From assembly GCA_964291295.2 (NCBI GenBank), contig OZ219754.1:1984001-2048000 (forward strand): DNA of 64,000 bases. Reading direction: 5' to 3'. The notes under the pieces were generated by a model. It made no database searches and was not told the DNA's origin. It was given only the letters and a program-made list of their open reading frames with translations. Each line of letters begins with the position of its first letter. Position 1 is the stretch's first letter. A program made the position numbers and the translations under genes. Of the stretch, positions 9,193 to 18,577 are shown piece by piece. This DNA comes from an uncultured Candidatus Binatia bacterium (lineage in GTDB: Bacteria; Desulfobacterota; Binatia; UBA9968; JAJDTQ01).

Positions 9193-10389
9193 TCAACCGT
9201 TGTCGTTGCTCAGGATCGCCACGGCGGTGGAGCCAAGATTCTTGCCGTAGGGGAGGCCGCCCAGACCGGTGACCAGACCGGTGCGGGCGTTGGCCACCTG
9301 CCGTTCGCCGCCGTCGCCCCGCAGTTGGGTGACGGCCTCCAGGATATGGACCATGCCGCCGGCGGTGGACGGCTGCCCGCAGTTGATCATGCCGCCGCCG
9401 GTCTGGATCGGCAGCGCGCCCCGGAAGGTGAAGTCGGTGGTCTCGAAGTACCGGGTGTCGCCCTTTTCGCAGAAACCCAGATCCTCCATCTGCATCAGTT
9501 CGATGATCACGTAGTCGTCGTACAGCTCCGCGAAGTCGATGTCGCCGTGGGTCACGCCGGCCATGTCGAAGGCCCGGGCACCGGCGTCCTTCACCCCCAT
9601 CATCAGCGCGTTGGAGTGGGTGCGGGGGCCGTAGCTGGGATTGACCTGTTCGCCGAAGCCCATGAGGTATGCCGGTTTCCGGCCCCGCATGGCGACGGCC
9701 TCCTGCGCGGAGGTTAGGATGAAGGCCTTGCCGCCGTTGGCGGGCATGACGCAGTCCAGCAGCCGCACCGGATCGGCCACCCTGCGGGAGTTCCTGTAGT
9801 CCTCCAGGGTGAGGGGCTTCCGGAGATAGGCGTTGGGGTTGAGCGATGCATGGTAACGGGCGGTCACCGCGATGTTGCCCAGCGCCTCCAGGGTCGTGCC
9901 GTACTCGTACATGTGACGCCGCATCACCAGCGCGATGGCGCTGTTGGCGCCCATGAGGCCGTAGGGCATCTCGAAGTCGCGGTTGTCGCGGGGCTCGACT
10001 CCGGGGTGGGTCTCCACGAACGCGGCCGAGGCGGCCACGCAGAGGACCCGTTCCACCAACCCGGCCTGAATCGCCGCCGCCGCCTGCCCCAGCGCCGACA
10101 CGGTGGCGGCGCCGCCGTTGGCGTTGGCCAGGGCCAGGCCCGGCGCGATGCCGAGTATCGAGGCGGTCTCCTCCGGCCAGAAGGGTTGCAGGTAGTTGGT
10201 GGTGTAGATGGCGGTCAGCCCTTGGCCGTCGAAATCCTTGCGTTCGAGCCCGGCATCCTCCATGGCCAGCCGCGCGGCCCAGGTCAGGTATTCCGGGATG
10301 GTCCGGCGCCGCTCCCCCGGGCGCCGGCCCAAGCGGTCCACCGGGGTCTCGCCGATGCCGACGATGGCGGTGCGGCCGCGAATGCTCAT
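9193..10389 (-). CDS. SCP2-type thiolase-fold protein (Ltp2-like, no canonical nucleophile Cys)
   Basis: Start MSIRGRTAIVGIGE at 10389. Motifs MRRHMYEYG, NPNA, LLDC, ELYDDY, GGG, EAVTQLRG. Confidence 0.88.
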   Translation of the reverse strand: MSIRGRTAIVGIGETPVDRLGRRPGERRRTIPEYLTWAARLAMEDAGLERKDFDGQGLTAIYTTNYLQPFWPEETASILGIAPGLALANANGGAATVSALGQAAAAIQAGLVERVLCVAASAAFVETHPGVEPRDNRDFEMPYGLMGANSAIALVMRRHMYEYGTTLEALGNIAVTARYHASLNPNAYLRKPLTLEDYRNSRRVADPVRLLDCVMPANGGKAFILTSAQEAVAMRGRKPAYLMGFGEQVNPSYGPRTHSNALMMGVKDAGARAFDMAGVTHGDIDFAELYDDYVIIELMQMEDLGFCEKGDTRYFETTDFTFRGALPIQTGGGMINCGQPSTAGGMVHILEAVTQLRGDGGERQVANARTGLVTGLGGLPYGKNLGSTAVAILSNDNG

Positions 10390-10578
10390 GAGGAAAAGTC
10401 TGCCTGGAAACGCTTCAGGATCATGTGATGGAATGCTCCGGATATCGGTTGAGTCAGGGAATCTCGACCACTGTGTAGATGCGTTCGGCCATGGTGCGGT
10501 GCCTGCGGGAATGTTGCGGCGGCAGGGCGCGTCATCCAGAATTGTCATCCGGAACCTGGGGAAGGCACTAGCGCGCCT

Positions 10579-10608
10579 TTGCGTTGGCGTCAAGGGTGTG
10601 GATATAAT
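10579..10608 (+). promoter_or_regulatory. Putative sigma70 promoter of fumarase
   Basis: TTGCGT-N18-TATAAT about 95 bp upstream of the ATG at 10702. Confidence 0.5.
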
Positions 10609-10701
10609 TTCCCCCGCGTGCGTGCGCCGGTCACCGGTCCCGGGGGAGTCCTGTCGTGGTTCGGGCGCGGGCCCGCCGAGAACCCGGAGAGAGGCGATTT
10701 C

Positions 10702-12315
10702 ATGGCAGAGTTCAGATTCCAGCCCATTTTCGAGTTGGGTGAGGACACCACCGAGTACCGCAGTCTGGGTAAGGAAGGGGTGTCCGAGATGGTGGTGGAC
10801 GGACGGTCGATTCTGAAGGTCGATGCCGGCGTGCTGCGCAGGCTCACCGCCGAGGCCATCCACGACATCTCCCATCTCTTCCGGCCCACCCACCTGGCCC
10901 GGCTGCGGGCGATTCTCGAAGACCCCGAGGCATCGGACAACGACCGCTTCGTGGCGGTCCAGCAACTCAAGAACGCCAACATCGCCGCGGGCGGCGTGTT
11001 GCCGGCGTGCCAGGACACGGGCACCGCCATCGTCATCGGCAAGAAGGGGGAGAACGTCTTCACCGGCGCCAACGACGAGGAGGCTTTTTCCGCCGGTGTC
11101 TACGATGTCTTCACCGGCACCAGTCTCCGCTACTCGCAACTCGCGCCCCTGACCTTCTACGAGGAGAAGAACACCGGCACCAACCTGCCGGCCCAGGTGG
11201 AAATCTACGCCACGCCGGGGGACGCTTACGAGCTCCTGTTCATCACCAAGGGGGGCGGTTCCGCCAACAAGTCTTTCCTGTACCAGCAGACGCCCGCGCT
11301 GCTCAACGAGGCCTCCCTGATCGGGTTCCTGGAGCAGCAGATGAAGACCATCGGCACCGCCGCCTGCCCGCCCTACTACCTGGTCATCGTGGTGGGCGGC
11401 CTGTCCGCGGAGTTCAACCTCAAGACCGTCAAGCTGGCGAGCACGCGCTACCTGGACGGGCTTCCCACCACCGGCAACGAGTACGGGCGGGCGTTCCGCG
11501 ACCCGAACCTGGAGTCCCGGTTGCAGGCCATCAGTCACCGGATGGGCGTGGGCGCGCAGTTCGGCGGCAAATACTTCACCCACGAGGTGCGGGTGATCCG
11601 TTTGCCCCGCCACGGCGCCTCCTGTCCGGTGGGCATCGGCGTCTCGTGCTCCGCCGACCGCCAGGCCCGGGCGAAGATCACCCGGGACGGCGTGTTCCTC
11701 GAGCGACTGGAGACCGATCCCGCGAAGTACCTGCCGGACTTCCTCGGGGAGGACGACGCCGGCGCGGTGGTGAGCGTCGACCTGAGCCGGCCCATGGACG
11801 AGATCCGCGCCACCCTGTCGAAGCATCCCGTCAAGACCCGACTGTCGCTGAACGGCACCATTGTCGTGGCCCGGGACCTGGCCCACGCGCGGCTCAAGGA
11901 GCGGCTCGACGCCGGCGAACCCTTGCCGGACTACTTCAAGGACCATGTCGTCTACTATGCCGGTCCGGCCAAGACCCCGGAGGGTTACGCCTCCGGCTCC
12001 TTCGGCCCCACCACCGCCGGACGCATGGACTCCTACGTCGACCTGTTCCAGTCCCGCGGCGGCAGCCTGGTCTCGCTGGCCAAGGGCAACCGTTCGCGGC
12101 AGGTGACCGATGCGTGCAGGAAGCACGGAGGCTTTTACCTGGGCTCCATCGGCGGTCCGGCCGCGGTGCTGGCCAAGGACAATATCAAGCGCGTGGAGGT
12201 GCTGGACTATCCCGAACTGGGTATGGAAGCGGTGTGGAAGATCGAGGTCGAGAACTTCCCGGCGTTCATCATCGTGGACGACAAGGGCAACGATTTTTTC
12301 GCCGGGTTGCAGTAG
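10702..12315 (+). CDS. fumA: Class I (Fe-S) fumarate hydratase
   Basis: [55 protein letters not shown]. Confidence 0.95.
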   Translation: MAEFRFQPIFELGEDTTEYRSLGKEGVSEMVVDGRSILKVDAGVLRRLTAEAIHDISHLFRPTHLARLRAILEDPEASDNDRFVAVQQLKNANIAAGGVLPACQDTGTAIVIGKKGENVFTGANDEEAFSAGVYDVFTGTSLRYSQLAPLTFYEEKNTGTNLPAQVEIYATPGDAYELLFITKGGGSANKSFLYQQTPALLNEASLIGFLEQQMKTIGTAACPPYYLVIVVGGLSAEFNLKTVKLASTRYLDGLPTTGNEYGRAFRDPNLESRLQAISHRMGVGAQFGGKYFTHEVRVIRLPRHGASCPVGIGVSCSADRQARAKITRDGVFLERLETDPAKYLPDFLGEDDAGAVVSVDLSRPMDEIRATLSKHPVKTRLSLNGTIVVARDLAHARLKERLDAGEPLPDYFKDHVVYYAGPAKTPEGYASGSFGPTTAGRMDSYVDLFQSRGGSLVSLAKGNRSRQVTDACRKHGGFYLGSIGGPAAVLAKDNIKRVEVLDYPELGMEAVWKIEVENFPAFIIVDDKGNDFFAGLQ

Positions 12316-12386
12316 ACGGTCCGGAAGGAACGGCGGGGGGCGTCCGCCAACACGCATGACCCGTCCGCGGGGGAAGGGAGCAGGAC

Positions 12387-13487
12387 ATGAGCGGCAACGG
12401 CAAGCCATTGATCGTGGATTCGGACGCACACGTGGTGGAGTGCGACCGCACCTGGGACTATCTCGAACCCTCGGAGCGGCAGTACCGCCCGGTGCCGCTG
12501 GCGTCCCCGGAGGAGAACGGCACCGCACTCCAGTTCTGGCTGGTGGACGGCAAGGTGCGGGGGTTCCGGTTCCCGGCATTCTCGGAGGAGGAATTGCAGC
12601 GGCGACAGCAGCAGGTGGGGCGAAAGTTCGCCGAGGCCCGGGAGGCCCGCGAACTCGGCAACGTGGCGCTGCGGCTGGAGCACATGGACGCCACCGGGGT
12701 GGACGTGCAGGTGCTGCACAACACCATGTTCATCGAGCAGGTGACGGAACGGGCGCCGGTGGAGGTGGCGCTGTGCGGGAGCTGGAACCGCTGGCTGGCG
12801 GACATCGGATCCCGGTCCGACGGGCGGCTGCGGTGGTCGTGCCTGGCGCCCACCCTGAGCATGTCGGACGCCCTGGACCAGATCCGCTTCTCCCGGGAGC
12901 ATGGCGCCTGCGCCGTGCTCATGCGGCCGGTGGAGGGCAACCGCCTGCTGGCGGACCCGTATTTCTATCCCATTTACGAGCAGGCCAGCCGGCTGGACAT
13001 GGCCATCGCCGTGCACATCGCCAACGGCAGCGCCTGGCTCAATGACCTGTACAGCCATCCGGTCAGGCTGGGGGCCACGTTCCATCGCTTCCGCATCCCG
13101 ACCGTGGGCGGCTTTGCCGACGTGCTCTTCAGCGAGGTGCCGGAGCTGTTCCCGAATCTGCGCTGGGGTTTCATCGAGGCCAGCGCCCAGTGGCTGCCCT
13201 GGATCCTTCACGAGGTCCGCAACCGTTTCCGGACCATGGGGCGGGAGTGGCCCGACAACCCCATGGAGTCGTTCCGGATGTTCGTGACCTGCGAGAACAC
13301 CGACGACCTGCCGTACATCGTGCGGCAGACCGGTGAGGACGGCCTGGTCATCGGTACGGACTATGGCCACACGGACACCTCCAGCGACGTCGATGCCATC
13401 AGGGTCTTCCGGGAACGCACGGACCTGACCGAAAACGTGAAGCGAAAGATCCTGAGCGACAACGCGCGCCGACTCTACGGGCTGTAG
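12387..13487 (+). CDS. Amidohydrolase 2 family protein
   Basis: VDSDAHV, WNRWLAD, VHIA, FIEA, GTDYGH, NARRLY. Confidence 0.9.
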   Translation: MSGNGKPLIVDSDAHVVECDRTWDYLEPSERQYRPVPLASPEENGTALQFWLVDGKVRGFRFPAFSEEELQRRQQQVGRKFAEAREARELGNVALRLEHMDATGVDVQVLHNTMFIEQVTERAPVEVALCGSWNRWLADIGSRSDGRLRWSCLAPTLSMSDALDQIRFSREHGACAVLMRPVEGNRLLADPYFYPIYEQASRLDMAIAVHIANGSAWLNDLYSHPVRLGATFHRFRIPTVGGFADVLFSEVPELFPNLRWGFIEASAQWLPWILHEVRNRFRTMGREWPDNPMESFRMFVTCENTDDLPYIVRQTGEDGLVIGTDYGHTDTSSDVDAIRVFRERTDLTENVKRKILSDNARRLYGL

Positions 13488-13732
13488 CGCCGGCCGCCCG
13501 GCCCGGGCCGACCCCTGCCGGTTGCATTGTCCCGTCGGCATTGTTCCGCCCCGCAAGCGAGGCCTGTCCGTGGAGCCGCTTCCATGGACCGGCCGTGGAG
13601 AGGGGCGAAGAAGCAGGCCTTGACCTCTGTGCCAGGGTCCTCCCCCTTTGCCGTGGGTTCCCGTGACCATGGATCCCCGTACCAGGGCCCGGGCGTTCAC
13701 GGCGCTTCCGCCGGCTCTTGCCGCGCCCGCTG

Positions 13733-15208
13733 TCAGGCCCGCCGCCGGTTCGTGGAGCTACCGCCCCTGGCCGCGATCAGCGTGAACGCCAGCGCGCTCA
13801 ACCCCAGGCCCGCCGCCGTGGTGTAGGCGTCGCCGTAGCCCTCCATGAACGCTCCCAGGAGTCGTGGATGATCTGCCAGGTTCAGGGCGGCCAAGTCCCG
13901 GGGTGCGGATTCGCTGGTGACCGCCGCCAGTCGCATGCCGACGAAGGCGGTGGCCGCGGCGGTGCCCAGGGAGCGCCCGACGCTTCGAACGATGGAGATG
14001 ACGGAGGAAGCGATGCCAAGGCGCTCCGGGGGCACGGCGCCGATGAGAGAGTGATTGTTGGGTGTCTGGAACAGCCCCAGGCCGACGCCGAGCAGCGCCA
14101 GGCGTGGAACGATCTCGGCAGGGCCGGAATCCGCGCCCAGCAGGCTCATGCCGTACATGGCCAGGGCCACCACCGCGGCGCCGCCGGCGGCCGGCAGGGT
14201 GGAGCCGACGCGGTCGGTGAGCCAACCGGCCGAAGGCGACACCACCATGAGCACCAGTGCCGTGGCGGTCATCAGGCTGCCCGCCTCCAGCGGGTCCATG
14301 CGCAGTACGAACTGGAGCAGAAACGGCATCATCAGTTCGTTGGTGCTCAGGGCCACGAAGGTGGCCAGTCGCGCGATGTTGCCGGCGGCGAAGGGTACGA
14401 TGCGGAGCAGCCCGAGGTCGAGGATGGGGTAGGGGCAGGTGGCTTCCCGCCGGACGAACAACGCCGCGAAGAGCGCGCTCAACAGGAAACCCCGGTAACC
14501 CAGGCCCCCTCGGGTGATTCCCAGCAACAGGAATGTCAGGGCGACGGCAAACAGGCCGGCGCCGGCGACATCGAAGGGCTCCCGCGCCGTCCGCCCGCCC
14601 GCTCCCCTGTCGTCCTGCAGGAGAAAGCGGGCGGCGGCGAGGCCGATGAACGACAGGGCGCCGGACACGAAGAAGATGAAACGCCATCCCAGGGTGTAGG
14701 TGATGAACCCGCCCACCACCGGCCCCAGGGTAAAGCCGATGGCGGAGACCAGGCCGCCGGACAGGCCCATGGCCCGGCCCCGGTCGGAGCCGGTGAACAG
14801 GGATGCGGTGAGGGCGAAGGTGTTGGTCATCATCAGGGCGGCGCCCACGGCCTGCCCCACGCGGCCGGCCATGAGCGGCGCCGGTCCCTGGGAAAGGCCG
14901 GCGAGCATGGAGGCGACGCCGTAGATCAGGAAGCCGGCACAAAAGGTGATCTTGCGCCCGAGCAGGTCCGAAAGCCTGCCGCAGGGCAGGTAGAGAGCCC
15001 CGGTGACCAGCGCGTAGATGAAGACGATCCAGCCGGCAAAAGTGATGTCCGTGCGGAACTCGGTTATGATGACTGGCAGGCTTATGGTAAGCATGCCGAC
15101 ATCCGTGGTGGCGATGAAGACGGAGATGACCACCACCCAAAGCGCCCACCAGCGGTGGTTGGGGCCGAAGATGCGGTTGTCGATGAAGTCTCTGAGCCAA
15201 GGCGTCAT
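13733..15208 (-). CDS. MFS transporter, DHA2 (14-TMS EmrB/QacA-like)
   Basis: Motif A GRLSDLLGRK, GPVVGG, GWRFIFF, QTPNN; many hydrophobic segments. Confidence 0.9.
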   Translation of the reverse strand: MTPWLRDFIDNRIFGPNHRWWALWVVVISVFIATTDVGMLTISLPVIITEFRTDITFAGWIVFIYALVTGALYLPCGRLSDLLGRKITFCAGFLIYGVASMLAGLSQGPAPLMAGRVGQAVGAALMMTNTFALTASLFTGSDRGRAMGLSGGLVSAIGFTLGPVVGGFITYTLGWRFIFFVSGALSFIGLAAARFLLQDDRGAGGRTAREPFDVAGAGLFAVALTFLLLGITRGGLGYRGFLLSALFAALFVRREATCPYPILDLGLLRIVPFAAGNIARLATFVALSTNELMMPFLLQFVLRMDPLEAGSLMTATALVLMVVSPSAGWLTDRVGSTLPAAGGAAVVALAMYGMSLLGADSGPAEIVPRLALLGVGLGLFQTPNNHSLIGAVPPERLGIASSVISIVRSVGRSLGTAAATAFVGMRLAAVTSESAPRDLAALNLADHPRLLGAFMEGYGDAYTTAAGLGLSALAFTLIAARGGSSTNRRRA

Positions 15209-15355
15209 GGGGTGCGGGTGGGGAGCCGGTTCGACGTCGACTCCTCCTTCTTAGCGACTTCTCGTCCGGCACGAAAACGGTCGAAGGGAACGGTCCGGGG
15301 AGTCGCGGGACCGGGGGCGGAGCCGGCGGGAGATCGGCAGCGGGAGATCGGCGTT

Positions 15356-16789
15356 ATGGCCATCCGATCCGGCAGGAACTACATCGAATCGCTGCGCGAC
15401 GGCCGTGAGGTCTGGCATGCGGGGAAGCGTATCGAGGATGTGACCCTCCATCCCGGCTTCACCGGCACCCTCAGGACCCTTGCGGCGCTGTACGACCGCC
15501 AGGCGTCGGCGGAGGACGGCGAGACCATGACGGCGGTGCGGGACGGCGAGCGTATCGCCTGCAGCTATCTGCCGCCCGCCAACGCGGAAGAGCTGCGCGC
15601 CAAGCGCGGCAACATCGAGTTCTGGTCGCGGGCGACCTTCGGCCTGATGGGGCGCTACCCGGAGTTCTGCGCCGAACTGGTGGTGGGGCTGCTGGACTTC
15701 GCCGATACCTTGGCCGCCCACGACCCGCGCTGGGGCCGCAACGCGCGCGCCTATTACCGTCATTGCATCGCCGGGGATCTCTGTCTGACCCATGCCCTGA
15801 CCGACCAGTTCCACGACCGCTCGAAGCGCGTGAGCGAGCAGCGCGACCCGGACCTGGTTCTCCACATTGTCGGCGAGACCTCCGAGGGGCCCATGGTCCG
15901 GGGTCTGCGCAACCTCGCCACGCTGGCGCCGCTGTCCGACGAGGCGCTGGTCTATCCCATCCGCCCGCGGGACGTGGACGAGCCGGACTACGCCATCGCG
16001 TTCGCCATCCCCATGAATGCCCCGGGGCTCAGGATCATCTGCCGGGATCTGTACGCCGAACACGCCGACCCGGAGCGGTTCCCGCTCACCACGCGTTTCG
16101 ACGAGGTGGACGCCACGCTGGTGTTCGACGACGTGGTGGTGCCCTGGGAGCGGGTCTTTGCCTACCGTGCACCGGAACTGGTGGCGGGCTTTCACCGGAA
16201 CATCCAGACTTGGGCCCAGTACGCCACCATGGTGCGCCTCATCACCCGGCTGGAGACGTTCCTCGGCGTCGCGCAACTGCTGTCGGCGTGGTCCGGCCGG
16301 GACCGGACGCCCCACTCCCAGGTCGGGCTGGCGACCTTCATCAAGGATCTGGAGATCCAGCGCGACGGCATCGAAATCGCCGAAAACCGGGGGTACCGGA
16401 CTGCGGGCGGCTTCTGGGCGCCGCGCCTCAGCCCTTCCTACCGGATACACGGTATCGAGGCGTCGGACCGCGCCGAGGAGAACATGGAGAGCCTGCTCAC
16501 CAGTTCGCTGGTGCTCACCGGCGGCGGCTCGGACCTGACCGCGGGCGAACTGGGGCCGCTGGTGGACCGCTATTTCCGCGGCCTGGCGCCCACCACCCGG
16601 GAGCACCTGCGCCTGCTGGCGGTGGCCGCGGATCTGGTCATGACCCCCTTCGGCAAGCGCGGGCAACTCTATGAGCGGCTGCAGAGCGGCGAGGTGGACA
16701 ACATGAAGCGGCGCCTCCACGCGCAGTTCAAGGAGCGCGACGGCGCCGACCGGCTGCTGGCGTTCATCAACCAGGACTGGTCCGCGTAG
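15356..16789 (+). CDS. HpaB-family flavin-dependent aromatic hydroxylase, oxygenase component
   Basis: Start MAIRSGRNYIESLRDGREVW. Motifs GLMGR, THA, ATLAP, PGLRIICR, RFDEVDATLVFDDVVVPWERVF. Confidence 0.88.
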   Translation: MAIRSGRNYIESLRDGREVWHAGKRIEDVTLHPGFTGTLRTLAALYDRQASAEDGETMTAVRDGERIACSYLPPANAEELRAKRGNIEFWSRATFGLMGRYPEFCAELVVGLLDFADTLAAHDPRWGRNARAYYRHCIAGDLCLTHALTDQFHDRSKRVSEQRDPDLVLHIVGETSEGPMVRGLRNLATLAPLSDEALVYPIRPRDVDEPDYAIAFAIPMNAPGLRIICRDLYAEHADPERFPLTTRFDEVDATLVFDDVVVPWERVFAYRAPELVAGFHRNIQTWAQYATMVRLITRLETFLGVAQLLSAWSGRDRTPHSQVGLATFIKDLEIQRDGIEIAENRGYRTAGGFWAPRLSPSYRIHGIEASDRAEENMESLLTSSLVLTGGGSDLTAGELGPLVDRYFRGLAPTTREHLRLLAVAADLVMTPFGKRGQLYERLQSGEVDNMKRRLHAQFKERDGADRLLAFINQDWSA

Positions 16790-16791
16790 CG

Positions 16792-17712
16792 GTGCACCGG
16801 ATCCTCGAGCGCGCCCGGTCCGTCGCCGGGATGAGTTCCTTCCGGGGCGGCATCGGCAGCCGGGCCAGCCGGGCGGCGGCGCTGTCGTTTCGTCCCGGGC
16901 CCGCGGACGTCTTCATCGCCACCTTTCCCAAGTGCGGCACCACGTGGCTGCAACAAGTAGTGCACGGGCTCCGGACCCGGGGCTCCATGGACTTTGACGA
17001 GATCACCCTGGTGGTGCCGTGGCTCGAGCTGGCCCTGGACCTCGGCCTGGATCCCGAGGCGCCGCAGGTGGCCGAGCCCCGGGCCTTCAAGAGCCACCTG
17101 AACTGGCACGATATCCCCAAGGGCGGGCGCTACATCTCGATGGTGCGGGACCCCGGGGATGTCCTGGTGTCCATGTACCACTTCCACGAGGGCTGGCGTT
17201 TCGAGGCCGGCGCCATCGCCTTGGAGGACTACGCCCGCAACTTCTTCCTGGCCCCCGGGCGCAACCGTGGCTACTGGAAATACGTGGCGTCGTGGTGGCC
17301 GCAACGCGGCCGCGGCGACGTGTTGCTGTTGAGCTACGAGGCCGCCCTGGCGGACGTGCCGGGGCTGGTCCGGCGTGTCGCCCGGTTCATCGGGTGTCCG
17401 CTGGACGAGGACTTGCTGGAGGTGGTGGTGAGGCAATCCGGCATCGAGTTCATGAAGGCCCATGGCTCGCGGTTTGACGACCACGCGGTGCGCAACGCGC
17501 GCAACGCCGCCAACGGTCTTCCCCCCGGAGGCTCATCGTCCAAGCTGAGAAACGGACGGGTGGGCGACCATGCCGGCAGGTTGCCGCCGGACGTGCGTGC
17601 GGCCCTCCACCGCATCTGGCGTGAAGAGATGGCCGGCCGTTTCGGGCTCGCTTCCTACCGGGACATGGTCGCCGCCCTCGGTCCTGTCAGCGGCGCACCG
17701 GCGCTGGCGTAA
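16792..17712 (+). CDS. PAPS-dependent sulfotransferase (Sulfotransfer_1)
   Basis: 5'-PSB TFPKCGTTW, KSH, 3'-PB RDPGDVLVSMY, YE, RNGRVGD. Confidence 0.92.
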   Translation: MHRILERARSVAGMSSFRGGIGSRASRAAALSFRPGPADVFIATFPKCGTTWLQQVVHGLRTRGSMDFDEITLVVPWLELALDLGLDPEAPQVAEPRAFKSHLNWHDIPKGGRYISMVRDPGDVLVSMYHFHEGWRFEAGAIALEDYARNFFLAPGRNRGYWKYVASWWPQRGRGDVLLLSYEAALADVPGLVRRVARFIGCPLDEDLLEVVVRQSGIEFMKAHGSRFDDHAVRNARNAANGLPPGGSSSKLRNGRVGDHAGRLPPDVRAALHRIWREEMAGRFGLASYRDMVAALGPVSGAPALA

Positions 17713-17725
17713 GGCACGCCGCCTC

Positions 17726-18469
17726 CTATTCGTACCTCCCGTCCCTGGCGAGGACGAGCTTTCCCTCTTCATGGTGGAAGCATCGCCCCGAATCCTCCAT
17801 GGGCAGCTGGGCCGCCAGCACGAACCCCCGCCCCAGGATCTCCGGGGTCGGGAGCCGCGTGAAGGCGTCCTCGGGCGCGCCCTCGGTAACGATGGGAACG
17901 CGCGGCGAGAACGTCACCACGCAAATGTTGGCTCCCCGCACTTCCTCGGCGAGATAGCGGCTGAAGGTCCAGATGGCGTCCTTGGTGGCCACGTAGGCGC
18001 AGGCACCGCCGGGCGTGATGCCGCCGCCGCCGTAGAGATTGATGATGTGTCCGGAGCGACGCGGCTCCATGTGCGCGAGGGCGTGCTTCGAGCACAGGAA
18101 AGTGCCGCCCAGGTTGGTCTGGATGACCCGGTCCCAGAAGGCCAGGTCCATGTCCCGGATCAGCGGCCAGCGGGGGATGCCCCAAGCGAAATGCGGCACG
18201 ATGGCGGCGTCGTTCACCAGCACGTCGATGTGGCCGAACCGCGCCGCCGCCTGCTCGAATGCCCGCCGCACCGCCTGTTCGTCGCGCACATCCGCGTGGA
18301 CGCGGAGGGCCTCGGTCATCCCGTCCAGTTCCGGGCCGGTCTTGTCGAGCCATTCCCGGCTCACGTCGATGATGACCACCTTGGCCTTCTCCCGTGCGAA
18401 GGTCAGCGCGGCATGGCGTCCGATGCCCTTGCCGCCTCCGGTCACCACGACCACCTTGTCTTCAAGCAT
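17726..18469 (-). CDS. Short-chain dehydrogenase/reductase
   Basis: TGGGKGIG, VNDAA, YVATK; SD GAAGGAGG upstream. Confidence 0.88.
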   Translation of the reverse strand: MLEDKVVVVTGGGKGIGRHAALTFAREKAKVVIIDVSREWLDKTGPELDGMTEALRVHADVRDEQAVRRAFEQAAARFGHIDVLVNDAAIVPHFAWGIPRWPLIRDMDLAFWDRVIQTNLGGTFLCSKHALAHMEPRRSGHIINLYGGGGITPGGACAYVATKDAIWTFSRYLAEEVRGANICVVTFSPRVPIVTEGAPEDAFTRLPTPEILGRGFVLAAQLPMEDSGRCFHHEEGKLVLARDGRYE

Positions 18470-18577
18470 TACCGATCCTCCTTCAGGTCTGGCGACGGCG
18501 TCCCGCGCCTTCCCGCCAGGGTGGCACATGGACCTTCCCGCCCGATTGCGGGGTGGGGCAGGGGAGCGCTCACGCCG

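Noticed and set aside
9193-12579. 1128-aa minus-strand ORF
   Set aside because: Antisense shadow of fumA joined in-frame to the thiolase; a high-GC artefact.
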